Origin: Acetobacteraceae bacterium
Lineage (GTDB): Bacteria; Pseudomonadota; Alphaproteobacteria; Acetobacterales; Acetobacteraceae
NCBI GenBank assembly: GCA_965198995.1
Contig: CBDAQG010000002.1
Span: 1,141,232 to 1,205,231, forward strand
DNA: 64,000 bases
Direction of reading: 5' to 3'
The notes under the pieces were generated by a model. It was not told the DNA's origin, ran no database searches, and saw only the letters and a program-made list of their open reading frames with translations. The translations under genes and the position numbers were made by a program. This document shows, piece by piece, positions 44,429 through 53,164 of this stretch; positions within the stretch are counted from its first letter, which is position 1; every line of letters starts with the position of its first letter.

Positions 44429-45147
44429 ATGATCGTGACTGCCTTGAATATCCGGTCGGGAGGTGGATCACGGGTGGAGCGGCTGCTCGGTTATTTGGAG
44501 CGAAGCGAGTCGACCTGATCGTGCTGACTGAGTGGCGGCAGGGCTCGTGCGGCCGGCGCATTGCCGCCTGGGCGGACGAGCGTGGCCTGCATCATGCGAG
44601 CCTCACCGATGGGGGAACGGCCAACGGGGTGTTTGTCGCCGCAAAACAGCGGTTCGGCGTCACGAGCAGGCGTCCGGCGGAGGCCGGCGCGGGTGTGCTG
44701 TTGCAGGCGGAGTTTGCGAGTTTCGATCTCCTCGCCTGCTACTTTCCGCAAGGTAAAGCGAAGCGGCCGTTCTTTGCGCACTGCTGCGAGATCGCGAGCG
44801 AACATGCCGGCGTGCCATTCGCTCTGCTGGGTGACCTCAACACCGGCAACCAGGTCGCCGACAAGGACGTGCTGGGTGCGCGTTTCCACTGCGCCGACGA
44901 GTTCGACAGCTTGTCATCCCGACACGGTCTTCGGGATTTATGGCGACGATCCAACGGCGACGAGACGCGTGAGTGGAGCTGGCACTCGGCGACACGGAAC
45001 GGCTTTCGGATCGATCATGCCTTCGCCAACCAGGCGTTTTTAGAGCTTGCCGATCCCTGTTGCCGCTATGACCACGCGCCGAGGGAGAGTCGCGACACCG
45101 ACCACAGCGCGCTGCATGTCGTCTGCTCGGGCAGCTTGGCCGGATGA
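44429..45147 (+). pseudogene. endonuclease/exonuclease/phosphatase (EEP) family gene with a 1-nt frameshift
   Basis: MIVTALNIRSGGGSRVERLLGYLERSEST* (frame A) continues as ..DLIVLTEWR...LLGDLNTG...FRIDHAF (frame B, ORF 44521..45147). The total is 719 nt, so one missing nucleotide near 44508-44510 would restore a 240-codon reading frame (239 aa plus stop). The catalytic N (TALN) and E (LTEW) fall on different sides of the break. Confidence 0.7.
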
Positions 45148-45271
45148 CAAAGGACTGGATGCCAGGGTTCGTTGAGCCTTGGCGGGTGCGACGTCGCGCC
45201 GTGGCTGGTGCCGAAGGGCGTTCAAGAAACGGCGTTGCCGTGCGTGAGGCGAGCGGCATGGCCGGGAAGTA

Positions 45272-45676
45272 GTGGTGGAGATCGAGCGGGCGGGGTCGCA
45301 GGCGTCGGGGGTGGGGCCGGCGGGAAGGTTCACCGGGGTTGTCAGGATCGATCCGTTGTTCAGGCCGCCGGCGCCGGTGCGGTTGGCGATGGCGCTGGTG
45401 ACGTTTGAGCCGGGGGCGCGGACGGCGTGGCGCACGCATCCGCTCAGGCAGACGCTGATCGTGACGGCGGGGTGCGGGTTGGCGCAGCGGGAGGGTGGGG
45501 CGGTGGAGGTGATCCGGCCGGGGACGTGGTGTGGTTCGGGCCGGGGGAGAAGCATTGGCATGGGCGGGGGTGGCGACGGCGATGAGCCATATATCGCGAC
45601 CCAGGAGAAGCTGGATGGGTCGCCGGTGGTTTGGTTGGAGCAGGTTAGTGAGGCGGAGTATTTAGCGGGTCGGTGA
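45272..45676 (+). pseudogene. degenerate duplicate of the cupin gene at 42958..43365
   Basis: The DNA aligns over its whole length with 42958-43365 at high identity by eye. Indels (-1, -1, +2) scramble the second cupin motif ([27 protein letters not shown] versus [27 protein letters not shown]). Metal-ligand context residues are altered (WRTHPLRQT versus WHTHPLGQT). Confidence 0.7.
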
Positions 45677-45724
45677 GCGCTGCGACACCGAAGCGCTTAG
45701 TCTAGGCTTATTCGGTCAGCGGGC

Positions 45725-46921
45725 TCAGGCGGTCGTACTCTGCCCGCCTTTAATGCTACGGAGGACCGGGCCGGTTTCGAGCGAAATGCCGGCGTCTGAG
45801 ACGCGTTGAGTGAAGGACTTCAAAATATTCTCATCGAAGTCCGACGAAGGGCCACTGGGAATTTCCTTACCTGCCATGACTGGAAAGGTCAGAGCGGCCT
45901 TTCCGTCCCGGTGTTCCTTATAGTCGAACAGCGACCCGCTATTCGGCTTGCCGTAGTAGACGCGGAAAGAGGTCTTTGTCTTGCGGAAGACGATCTTTTG
46001 AACCTCTTCGAATAAGATGTCGCTACGAGAGAGAAAGAACAGCCGTATCTTCGCGTAGTTGTAAACAGCCAGCTCGCTTTCTGTTGGGGCTACTGCTTCG
46101 TGGTCTGATTCTACAGGCATGTGCAGAGGCATGATGGGTTCAGCCGGGACCGTCCGCACAACGTCCTTTGGCGCGTAGCCGAAACGGCCAAGCGCCTCCT
46201 GGGCGACGAACGCCTCCATGGCGGAGCGAATGACATCACGGTTGCTGTCGACGATCTTCTGCGTAAGCTTGCCGATCTTTGTCCCGACGGCAGTGTTGCC
46301 GAGAACAAAGCGGATGAAGTCATCAGATGGATCGGATTTAAACTGTTTGATCACGCCGACGATGGCATCGAACAGCATCTTCCGTTTGGCCTCGGCGCCG
46401 ACATCCTCCGGGTTGAACAACCCGCTACGGATCGCGGCTATGCCGCCTAGCGTGTTGTCATCGATGGCACCGTTTTTGACAATCGTCTCAAAGTCAAACC
46501 GCAAGAAGGCTGTCTCGTCCATCATGTTTTGCTTGTCCGAGTCAGCGTAGAACTCGTATTTTAGACCATCGGTCAGGATGCCGAGCTTTACTGTCGCACA
46601 GGCATTGAAGTAGCTACGGAGTTGTCCACGGTCGTCTTTCATCTCCGCGCCGACACGCTTGGACTCTAGCGCTACGACGGGCACTCCGCGGTGGAGGATC
46701 GCGTAGTCCACTTTGTTCTGATACTTGTCGGAGAAGTCGGCGTGGTGCTCGGGCGAGACTTCATCCGGGTTCCCGGCGTCGTAGCCGAGGGCGACGAGGA
46801 AGGGCTGGACTAGCGAGGCGTTTGTGGTGGCCTCGTTGGTGACCTTTGGCGCTCTGCTGACTGCCTGCTTCGCATGCGCCAAGATGCGTTGGCGAAATTC
46901 TTCAAGCTCTTGGGACATCAC
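45725..46921 (-). CDS. stand-alone HsdR_N-type PD-(D/E)xK nuclease-fold protein with a C-terminal domain of unknown function
   Basis: The 398-aa ORF has an N-terminus NEATTNASLVQPFLVALGYD...KVDYAIL..VVALESKR, the D...ExK core typical of the type I restriction HsdR N-terminal domain family. It continues with TDGLKYEFY. The C-terminal part (TESELAVYNYAKIRLFFLS..SFRVYYGKPN) is of unknown function. Composition is clearly AT-richer than the flanks. Confidence 0.75.
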   Translation of the reverse strand: MMSQELEEFRQRILAHAKQAVSRAPKVTNEATTNASLVQPFLVALGYDAGNPDEVSPEHHADFSDKYQNKVDYAILHRGVPVVALESKRVGAEMKDDRGQLRSYFNACATVKLGILTDGLKYEFYADSDKQNMMDETAFLRFDFETIVKNGAIDDNTLGGIAAIRSGLFNPEDVGAEAKRKMLFDAIVGVIKQFKSDPSDDFIRFVLGNTAVGTKIGKLTQKIVDSNRDVIRSAMEAFVAQEALGRFGYAPKDVVRTVPAEPIMPLHMPVESDHEAVAPTESELAVYNYAKIRLFFLSRSDILFEEVQKIVFRKTKTSFRVYYGKPNSGSLFDYKEHRDGKAALTFPVMAGKEIPSGPSSDFDENILKSFTQRVSDAGISLETGPVLRSIKGGQSTTA

Positions 46922-47034
46922 GAAGTCTCCTACACGGTAGGCTAGTTAATAATCGGTAGACTGCAACCTAATGGTGCATTAACACACACGCCTGCCGGCT
47001 GCGAGTCGTATCGCGTGCGGTTTGTGAGGGCGGC

Positions 47035-47421
47035 GTGTTGCGATACATCAACAACCTGACTTGCATCGTCGTCTTGGTTGGGCTGACGGCGTGTGCTCAC
47101 AACGTCTGGGTGAAGCCTGGCGCTAGTCAACAAGACTTTGCGACGGATTCGTATGAGTGCGAGCGAGACATGCGGCAGTCGAAATATTTTGGCGGTGGCC
47201 TCATGGGCCAAGCCAATGCCGTGTCATTTGAGGGTAAGTGCATGAACGCCAGGGGATGGACGCTTGAGACACAGACGGCTGCTGTTGACGATGAGGCTGT
47301 TACAACTGAAGCGGCAGCTCGTCAGTCAGCTTCGGATCAGTGTGTTGCGATGGGTATACATATCAATGATGATCGATACTCCACTTGCTTTAAGGCACAC
47401 TTCCACGTTCAAGCGCCGTAA
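47035..47421 (+). CDS. small lipoprotein, unknown function
   Basis: It starts with GTG. The signal plus lipobox is NNLTCIVVLVGLTAC. Four further Cys residues are present (YECERD, GKCMNARGW, DQC, STC). It lies in the low-GC islet. Confidence 0.6.
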   Translation: MLRYINNLTCIVVLVGLTACAHNVWVKPGASQQDFATDSYECERDMRQSKYFGGGLMGQANAVSFEGKCMNARGWTLETQTAAVDDEAVTTEAAARQSASDQCVAMGIHINDDRYSTCFKAHFHVQAP

Positions 47422-47599
47422 CACAGCGATGCTATAATTGTTTAAGTTATACTTACTAGTGTTCCAATGAACTCGTTGTGATTTAAGTAGCAAACCTCAG
47501 TCTTATTGCTTGGTGTAGGCTTTTTAATCTGTTCAAGAATGACCCAAGTTTTGTATCCTCAAAGCTTCACATGCGCCATCAAGACCTGGAAACAGTGCG

Positions 47600-47866
47600 G
47601 CGGCAGTAATGCCCATTAACGCCAACTCGCGCATGACGACGTCGTGCTGAGTCACACGTATGTCAACAGCTTCTAGGCACCTCTTTGCCCGCCATTATAA
47701 GCACGGTTAAAACGGCTTTTCTATTACGATGCTCCTTGTAGTCTAACAGCGATTCAAATTGGGTTCACTATAGTAGACACGGAACGATGTCCTGATCTTG
47801 CGGAATACGAGCTTCTACACCTCTTCAAGCAGGATATCGCTTCGTGATAGAAAGACGAGGCGTATC
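47600..47866 (-). pseudogene. relic of a second copy of the C-terminal domain of the 45725..46921 gene family
   Basis: The minus-strand translation starts right after the DUF2806 stop. It reads KIRLVFLSRSDILLEEV*KLVFRKIRTSFRVYYSEPNLN, then a frameshift, then DYKEHRNRKAVLTVLIMAGKEVP. The intact gene reads KIRLFFLSRSDILFEEVQKIVFRKTKTSFRVYYGKPNSGSLFDYKEHRDGKAALTFPVMAGKEIP. The relic has an in-frame TAG and at least one frameshift, and the N-terminal nuclease part is missing. The 5'/3' limits are approximate. Confidence 0.7.
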
Positions 47867-48793
47867 TTAAGGCGTTGCGTCGATCCGGTATATTGTTTCT
47901 GTGGGCTGCCACGTCGACGTCAAGCCGTCTTGCGAGACTAGGCTGCAGAGCTCAATGTTGACTGCATGCTTTTGAATACATGACGCCGCATGTCGCAACG
48001 CTTTTTCGTCAGGCTCTTTTGGCAGGAGAGAGCATACTTCGTTCCCGAACTTCGATATCAAGATTACGGGTATAAGGTAATGCTCTAGCGGCTTAATCTT
48101 CAACGCGCACTTGTTGCTAGCCAGGATTATAGAACCGTCAGGATCCTTTGGTAGATTAAGAGTTACGTTACCACCTACTTCTTGTAACAAGCCGTGTTCC
48201 TCAAGCAGGGTTAGATCTAGTAGTTCTTGTCCTTCGAAATTTCCTTGCTTGATGATAAATGTGTCAATGCGGTTCTCGACAACGCGTTGAAACGTCTGTG
48301 CAAGATATTGGTCGATCTCGGAAAGTCCACGGAGGGTTCTGAGCGAGAAAGCCCCGGGCCGCCTTATCTCTCCAGATAGTATTCGGCCCCATAGTTTGCG
48401 GATGTCGCCGCTGCTTGCTCGCTCAGCATACGCGCCAAACGTATTGAGCCAGTCTTCATCAATGGACCTTTCTTGGCTCTGACTTGGTATCTCGCCAATT
48501 GCATCAGGTTGATGCGATAACATTTCCTCAATCGCCTCGTAGGCAACCGCCTCTCGGTTGAAATACTTCCGCTCATGTTCAGAGATAAACAGCTTTGCAG
48601 CACGGATCCCCAGCTGACCATTTCGTGCTAGAACACGCAAGGCTTCTTTATCGTCAATCCCGTGTAAACGCTCTGTTTGCTTGTTCTTTAACCTAATACG
48701 TCGAGAAACTCCTTCAGTCCATGCTCCAGGTATATCAACTAAACTACCCAGAAATCGGTCTATCGCGGAAACTGCTCTGGATCTTGCTGACAT
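47867..48793 (-). CDS. DUF2806 domain protein
   Basis: The 308-aa ORF contains EDWLNTFGAYAERASSGDIRKLWGRILSGEIRRPGAFSLRTLRGLSEI, which matches my recollection of the DUF2806 core (DW..F......S.e....W..iLagE...PG.fS.RTL). It is the most AT-rich coding sequence in the window. Confidence 0.7.
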   Translation of the reverse strand: MSARSRAVSAIDRFLGSLVDIPGAWTEGVSRRIRLKNKQTERLHGIDDKEALRVLARNGQLGIRAAKLFISEHERKYFNREAVAYEAIEEMLSHQPDAIGEIPSQSQERSIDEDWLNTFGAYAERASSGDIRKLWGRILSGEIRRPGAFSLRTLRGLSEIDQYLAQTFQRVVENRIDTFIIKQGNFEGQELLDLTLLEEHGLLQEVGGNVTLNLPKDPDGSIILASNKCALKIKPLEHYLIPVILISKFGNEVCSLLPKEPDEKALRHAASCIQKHAVNIELCSLVSQDGLTSTWQPTETIYRIDATP

Positions 48794-48954
48794 AGTTAAC
48801 CCACTCTGTTCCAGGTGAGCAACAAGCGAAACGCTGTTGCTAAGTGGGTCGGCTTCTTCTTCCGTGTTTGAGTCCTACTTTGATGATCTACGATTCGTAG
48901 GTTTACTCGCGGAAGTTGTCTTTGGTAATCAAGGATGCGTGGAAAGCTGATGGG

Positions 48955-49007
48955 ATCCAAGGGCCTCGCGGCCCTTGGCAGGTCCAGGACAGCGTCCTGG
49001 CCTTTCT
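48955..49007. repeat. GC-rich hairpin modules marking the right edge of the low-GC islet
   Basis: It contains ccaagggcctcgcggcccttgg and gtccaggacagcgtcctggcc (D/E-like). Confidence 0.7.
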
Positions 49008-49026
49008 GCTGCTTGGCTTCCTACCC

Positions 49027-50592
49027 TTACTCCCACTCGATCGTGCCCGGTGGTTTGCTGGTGATGTCGTAGGTGACGCGGTTGATGCCGGGGACTTCGT
49101 TGACGATGCGGGCGGAGACGCGCTGGAGGAAGCTCATTTCGAAGGGGTAGATGTCGGCGGTCATGCCGTCGGTGCTGGTGACGGCGCGCAAGGCGCACAC
49201 GTGGTCGTAGGTGCGGCCGTCGCCCATGACGCCGACGCTCTTGACGGGGAGGAGGACGGCGAAGGCTTGCCAGATGGCGTCGTAGAGGCCGTGAGCGCGG
49301 ATTTCATCCAGATAGACCGCGTCGGCGCGGCGGAGGATGGCGAGTTTTTCGGCGGTGATGGCGCCGGGGATACGGATGGCGAGGCCGGGGCCGGGGAAGG
49401 GGTGGCGGCCGATGACGGCTTCGGGGAGGCCGAGCTCGCGGCCGAGGATGCGGACCTCGTCCTTGAAGAGCTCGCGCAGGGGCTCGACGAGGGTCATGCG
49501 CATGTGGGCGGGGAGGCCGCCGACGTTGTGGTGGGATTTGATGGTGGCGGAGGGGCCGCCGGTGGGGCTCACGCTTTCTATTACGTCCGGATAGAGGGTG
49601 CCCTGGGCGAGGAAGTCGGCACCGCCGAGGCGGGTCGCTTCGGCCTCGAAGACCTCGATGAAGAGGCGGCCTATGGTTTTGCGTTTTTGCTCGGGGTCGG
49701 TGACGCCGGCGAGCGCGTCGAGGAAGAGGGCGGACGCGTCGCGGTGGACGAGGGGGATTTGGAGGAGGTCGCGGAAGGTGGCGTCGACTTGGGCGGCCTC
49801 GCCCTCGCGGAGCAGGCCGTGGTCGACGAAGATGCAGGTGAGCTGGGGGCCGATGGCCTCGTGGATGAGGGTGGCGGCGACCGAGCTGTCGACGCCGCCG
49901 GAGAGGCCGCAGATGACGCGGCCGGCGCCGACCTGGGCGCGGATGCGGTCGATCTCGGCGGCGCGGAAGGCGGCCATGGTCCAGGCGCCGTGGCAGCCGC
50001 AGACGGCGTGGGAAAAGCGGCGGAGGAGCTCGGCGCCGTGCGGGGTGTGGACGACTTCGGGGTGGAACATCAGGCCGTAATAGTGCCGGGCGTCGTCGGC
50101 GATGATGGCGAACGGGGCGCCTTCGGAGGCGGCGACCGTGGTGAAGCCGGGCGGGGCGGCGGTGATGCGGTCGCCGTGGCTCATCCAGACGGGCTGGCGG
50201 TCACCGGGGGACCAGCCTTCGGGCAGGAGCGCGCAGGGGGCGAGGACGGACAGGGAGGCGGGGCCGAACTCGCGGTGGTCGGAGCCTTCGACCATGCCGC
50301 CGAGTTGGGCGCACAAGGTCATTTGGCCGTAGCAGATGCCGAGCAGGGGGACGCCGAGGTCGAAGACGATCTGGGGGGCGCGGGGGGAGCCCGGGTCGGC
50401 GACCGAGGCGGGGCCGCCGGAGAGGACGATGCCGCGGGGGGCGAAGGCGCGGATGCGGTCCGGGTCGGCGTTGAAGGGCCAGACCTCGCAGTAGACGCCG
50501 GAGGCTCGCAGGCGGCGGGCGATGAGCTGGGTGACCTGGCTGCCGAAGTCCAGGATCAGCAGGCGATCTTGGTGGAGGTCGGGGTGGGTCAT
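49027..50592 (-). CDS. guaA: GMP synthase (glutamine-hydrolysing)
   Basis: The 521-aa ORF has [26 protein letters not shown] (GATase Cys), [10 protein letters not shown] (PP-loop) and a C-terminus ending ..PPGTIEWE. Confidence 0.97.
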   Translation of the reverse strand: MTHPDLHQDRLLILDFGSQVTQLIARRLRASGVYCEVWPFNADPDRIRAFAPRGIVLSGGPASVADPGSPRAPQIVFDLGVPLLGICYGQMTLCAQLGGMVEGSDHREFGPASLSVLAPCALLPEGWSPGDRQPVWMSHGDRITAAPPGFTTVAASEGAPFAIIADDARHYYGLMFHPEVVHTPHGAELLRRFSHAVCGCHGAWTMAAFRAAEIDRIRAQVGAGRVICGLSGGVDSSVAATLIHEAIGPQLTCIFVDHGLLREGEAAQVDATFRDLLQIPLVHRDASALFLDALAGVTDPEQKRKTIGRLFIEVFEAEATRLGGADFLAQGTLYPDVIESVSPTGGPSATIKSHHNVGGLPAHMRMTLVEPLRELFKDEVRILGRELGLPEAVIGRHPFPGPGLAIRIPGAITAEKLAILRRADAVYLDEIRAHGLYDAIWQAFAVLLPVKSVGVMGDGRTYDHVCALRAVTSTDGMTADIYPFEMSFLQRVSARIVNEVPGINRVTYDITSKPPGTIEWE

Positions 50593-50617
50593 GTTCGGCT
50601 TCCGGTCGGGGCGAGGA

Positions 50618-50842
50618 AGGAAGGCCAGGGGCGTCGCCCGTGGACCCGATTAAAGGCGGTGCCTTTGAAATCCAATTGAGTGGGACTTTGCCGCATGGTT
50701 CGGGGCGGAGCGTGTGTGAGGATGTTTGTTGGCTTTGCCAGATAAGAACACGAGTCCTTATTGATCGGGGTCTGGGGCCGCGGGCCCCGTCGTGCGCAGC
50801 ACGCTATCGCGTGACGGGTCCAGGGCAGAGGCCTGGCCTTTC
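50618..50842. repeat. repeat cluster (A, spacer, D, C, E); its right part overlaps the 3' end of the next gene
   Basis: It runs aaggccaggggcgtcgcccgtggacccgattaaaggcggtgcctttgaaatcc ... ggggtctggggccgcgggccccgtcgtgcgcagcacgctatcgcgtgacgggtccagggcagaggcctggcc. Confidence 0.85.
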
Positions 50843-52125
50843 TTTTCCAGCACCGCCGCGAAGAAGCCGTCGGTTTCGTGATGGAGTGGAGTGAGGCGGA
50901 GATACGGGCCGGGGCAGGGTGGCTCGGTCGGCCAGGGCCAGGCGGCGGCGAGGGGGAGGACGGCGAAGTCGGGGTGGGTTTGCAGAAAATGGTCGATCTG
51001 CGCCTCGTTTTCGGCGGGGAGGAGGGAGCAGGTGGCGTAGACCAGGCGGCCGCCGGTGCGCACGAGGCGGGCGGCGTCGTGCAGGATGTCGGCTTGCTTG
51101 GCGGTGAGCTCGGTGAGGGTTTGCTCGGTGAGGCGGGTGCGGGCGTCGGGGTTGCGGCGCCAGGTGCCGGTGCCGGTGCAGGGGGCGTCGACGAGGACGC
51201 GGTGGGCGGTGCCGGCGTGGCGCTTGAGCCATTTGTCGCCCGGGGTGACGAGGTGGCGCTCGACATTGAAGGCGCCGGCGCGGCGGAGGCGCTGGGTGGC
51301 GGCGGCGAGGCGCGGGGCGGAGACGTCGCAGGCGGTGATGTGGCCGCGATTGGCCATGGCGGCGGCGATGGCCAGGGTTTTGCCGCCGGCGCCGGCGCAC
51401 CAGTCGACGACGCGGTGGTCGGGCTCGGGGGCGAGCAGGGCGGCGACGAGCTGGCTGCCTTCGTCCTGGATTTCGACGAGGCCGGTCTGGAAGGCCTGGC
51501 CGGAGGTGACGGGGCGGCGGTCGGCGATGCGCAGGCCCCAGGGGGAGAGCGGGGTGGGGGTGGCTTGCAGGCCCTCGGCGGCGAGGGCGGCCTGCGCGGC
51601 CTCGCGGGTGGTGCGCAGAGAGTTCACGCGCAGGTCGAGCGGGGCCGGGGCGAGCAGGGCGGCCATCTCGGCGGGGAGGCGGTCTTCGAAGGCTTGCAGG
51701 AGCGCGGGGTAGAGCCAGTCGGGGAGCTCCAGGGCGGTGGCGGGGGGCATGTCGGGGTGGTTGAGGGTTTGCCCTTCGAGGCGGCGGAGGGCGGCGGCTT
51801 CCAGCGCGATCAGGCTGGGGGCGCCGTATTGGCCGCCGGAGAAGGACTGGGCGAGGCCGTCATAGCGCCAGCCTTCGAGCAGGAGGGAGGCGGCGGCGAG
51901 CATGCGGGGGGTGGGCGCGGTTTCGGCGCGCTCGAGCCACCAGGTGAGGCGGCGGCGGGCGCGCAGGACGCGCCAGGCGCGGTCGGAGACGGCGCGGCGG
52001 TCGCCGGAGCCGATGTAGCGGCGGTCGCGGAAGAAGGCGTTGGCGACGGCGTCGGCGGGGCGGCGGTCATGGTCGATCTCGGCGAGGAGGTCGATGGCGG
52101 CGGCGAGGCGGGCGGCGGGGGTCAT
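50758..52125 (-). CDS. RsmB/NOP2/Sun family class I SAM-dependent RNA m5C methyltransferase
   Basis: It has DWCAGAGGKTLAIA (SAM motif I), VLVDAPCTGTGTWRRNPD (motif IV Cys) and LVYATCSLLPAENE (motif VI Cys). The last 27 or so codons (EKKGQASALDPSRDSVLRTTGPAAPDPDQ) are repeat-derived, so the true C-terminus is uncertain. Confidence 0.88.
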   Translation of the reverse strand: MTPAARLAAAIDLLAEIDHDRRPADAVANAFFRDRRYIGSGDRRAVSDRAWRVLRARRRLTWWLERAETAPTPRMLAAASLLLEGWRYDGLAQSFSGGQYGAPSLIALEAAALRRLEGQTLNHPDMPPATALELPDWLYPALLQAFEDRLPAEMAALLAPAPLDLRVNSLRTTREAAQAALAAEGLQATPTPLSPWGLRIADRRPVTSGQAFQTGLVEIQDEGSQLVAALLAPEPDHRVVDWCAGAGGKTLAIAAAMANRGHITACDVSAPRLAAATQRLRRAGAFNVERHLVTPGDKWLKRHAGTAHRVLVDAPCTGTGTWRRNPDARTRLTEQTLTELTAKQADILHDAARLVRTGGRLVYATCSLLPAENEAQIDHFLQTHPDFAVLPLAAAWPWPTEPPCPGPYLRLTPLHHETDGFFAAVLEKKGQASALDPSRDSVLRTTGPAAPDPDQ

Positions 52126-52799
52126 GGGGGGTTAAGGCAAGGTTGGGGGCGGAAGGCAAGGGTTTGGTGGTGGGGAGGCTTTGGGGCTTTGCCCTTGACC
52201 TGGCAGCTGGCCGCCGTCGGCAGCGATGGGGTCTACCTGGTCGGTTCGACTTCAGTCGGGAAACAGAGGCCGCGGCTCGTTGATGGCGGCCATGTCGGAC
52301 GTTCGACAGTCGAAGCAACGTTCTGAAGCAGATATCAGCCGGACGGTTATCAACCTAGCCGTTGGCATGGGTGAGGAGCGGCGTTCCCTGACGTCATTTG
52401 AGATGAGGCTACGCTGTAAGTCGCTGGTTGCCCGGTCATGTGCAGTTCACCGCGAGCCAGCCGCCAAAGGCCTCGAGCCGGTAGCGGTGGCGCTGGCGTA
52501 GGCGACTTTCTCGACGGGATCAGGGTCACGTTTGATCGTCATGTGGCGGCCATCGTTGGCCAGATCAATCCAGCGCGGCTCGCGCCCGAGGCCGACGCCA
52601 GCACCGGGAGGCGAGCAGTCCTGCCATCATCCAGGGCCGATGGATCCGCGCAGGAGCTTGGTGAAGGAGGCTAGGCCGAGCAAGCTGCCGACGTTGATCC
52701 TTGGGCTGGCCGTAAGCCGACGCTCGATGATCGAACGTGAGCGCACCGAATTTGAGGGCATCCTCGCCAGCGTTTGGATGAGTGCGGCCGCGCTATGCC

Positions 52800-53156
52800 T
52801 TATGGCACTACAGTGAAGATGAACTTGCCGGACGTATGATGGGTGTCGGAGTCGGTCGCGTGCCAGGCGACGGTGTAGGTGCCGGCCGGCAGCGGCTTCA
52901 GGCCGATGGCGAGGTGGCTGTCGTCGCCGGCGAGGTGGACGTGGCCGTCATCGACCTGGCCGCCCGAGGCGTTGGTCACGGTGATGGTGGTGAACAGCGG
53001 CTCGACGCCTTCGGTGAAGGTGAGCGTCACCGCGGTGGGGGCTTGCGGGACGGTGCTGCCAACGGCGGGGCTGGCGGTCTTGAGAAAGGCGTGTGCGGCG
53101 GCGGGGGTGGACAGCGCGAGCGTGACGAGTGCCGCGGCGGCGGGAGCATGGCGCAT
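52800..53156 (-). CDS. copC: copper resistance protein CopC family (periplasmic copper-binding)
   Basis: From the ATG at 53156, the signal MRHAPAAAALVTLALSTPAAAHA is followed by FLKTASPAVGSTV..VTLTFTEGVEP..GTYTVAWHATDSDTHHTSGKFIFTV, the canonical CopC pattern with mature N-terminal His. The track ORF 52800..54188 is a frame composite. Confidence 0.88.
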   Translation of the reverse strand: MRHAPAAAALVTLALSTPAAAHAFLKTASPAVGSTVPQAPTAVTLTFTEGVEPLFTTITVTNASGGQVDDGHVHLAGDDSHLAIGLKPLPAGTYTVAWHATDSDTHHTSGKFIFTVVP

Positions 53157-53164
53157 GGGGGTTC

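Noticed and set aside
47545-47640. A short minus-strand ORF ending ..VMRELALMGITAAALFPGLDGACEALRIQNLGHS*, which reminded me of the C-terminal tail of FRG-domain/Abi-like proteins.
   Set aside because: It is only about 50 codons, preceded by a stop, and its resemblance is vague. It may simply be the diverged 3' end of the nuclease-family relic.
45680-49026. Integrase, att duplication or transposase defining the low-GC islet as a mobile element.
   Set aside because: No recombinase-like ORF is present on either strand. I could not find a duplicated copy of the guaA 3' end or of the left flank. The mobility mechanism is therefore unknown, and the islet may be an old remnant.
52226-52816. Three overlapping plus-strand ORFs (91, 78 and 94 aa), and a minus-strand reading (..IIERRLTASPRINVGSLLGLASFTKLLRGS..), considered as small genes or a transposase fragment.
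   Set aside because: I could recognise no family signature in any frame. The ORFs overlap one another and have no start-site support. The region is kept only as an unassigned spacer in the findings.
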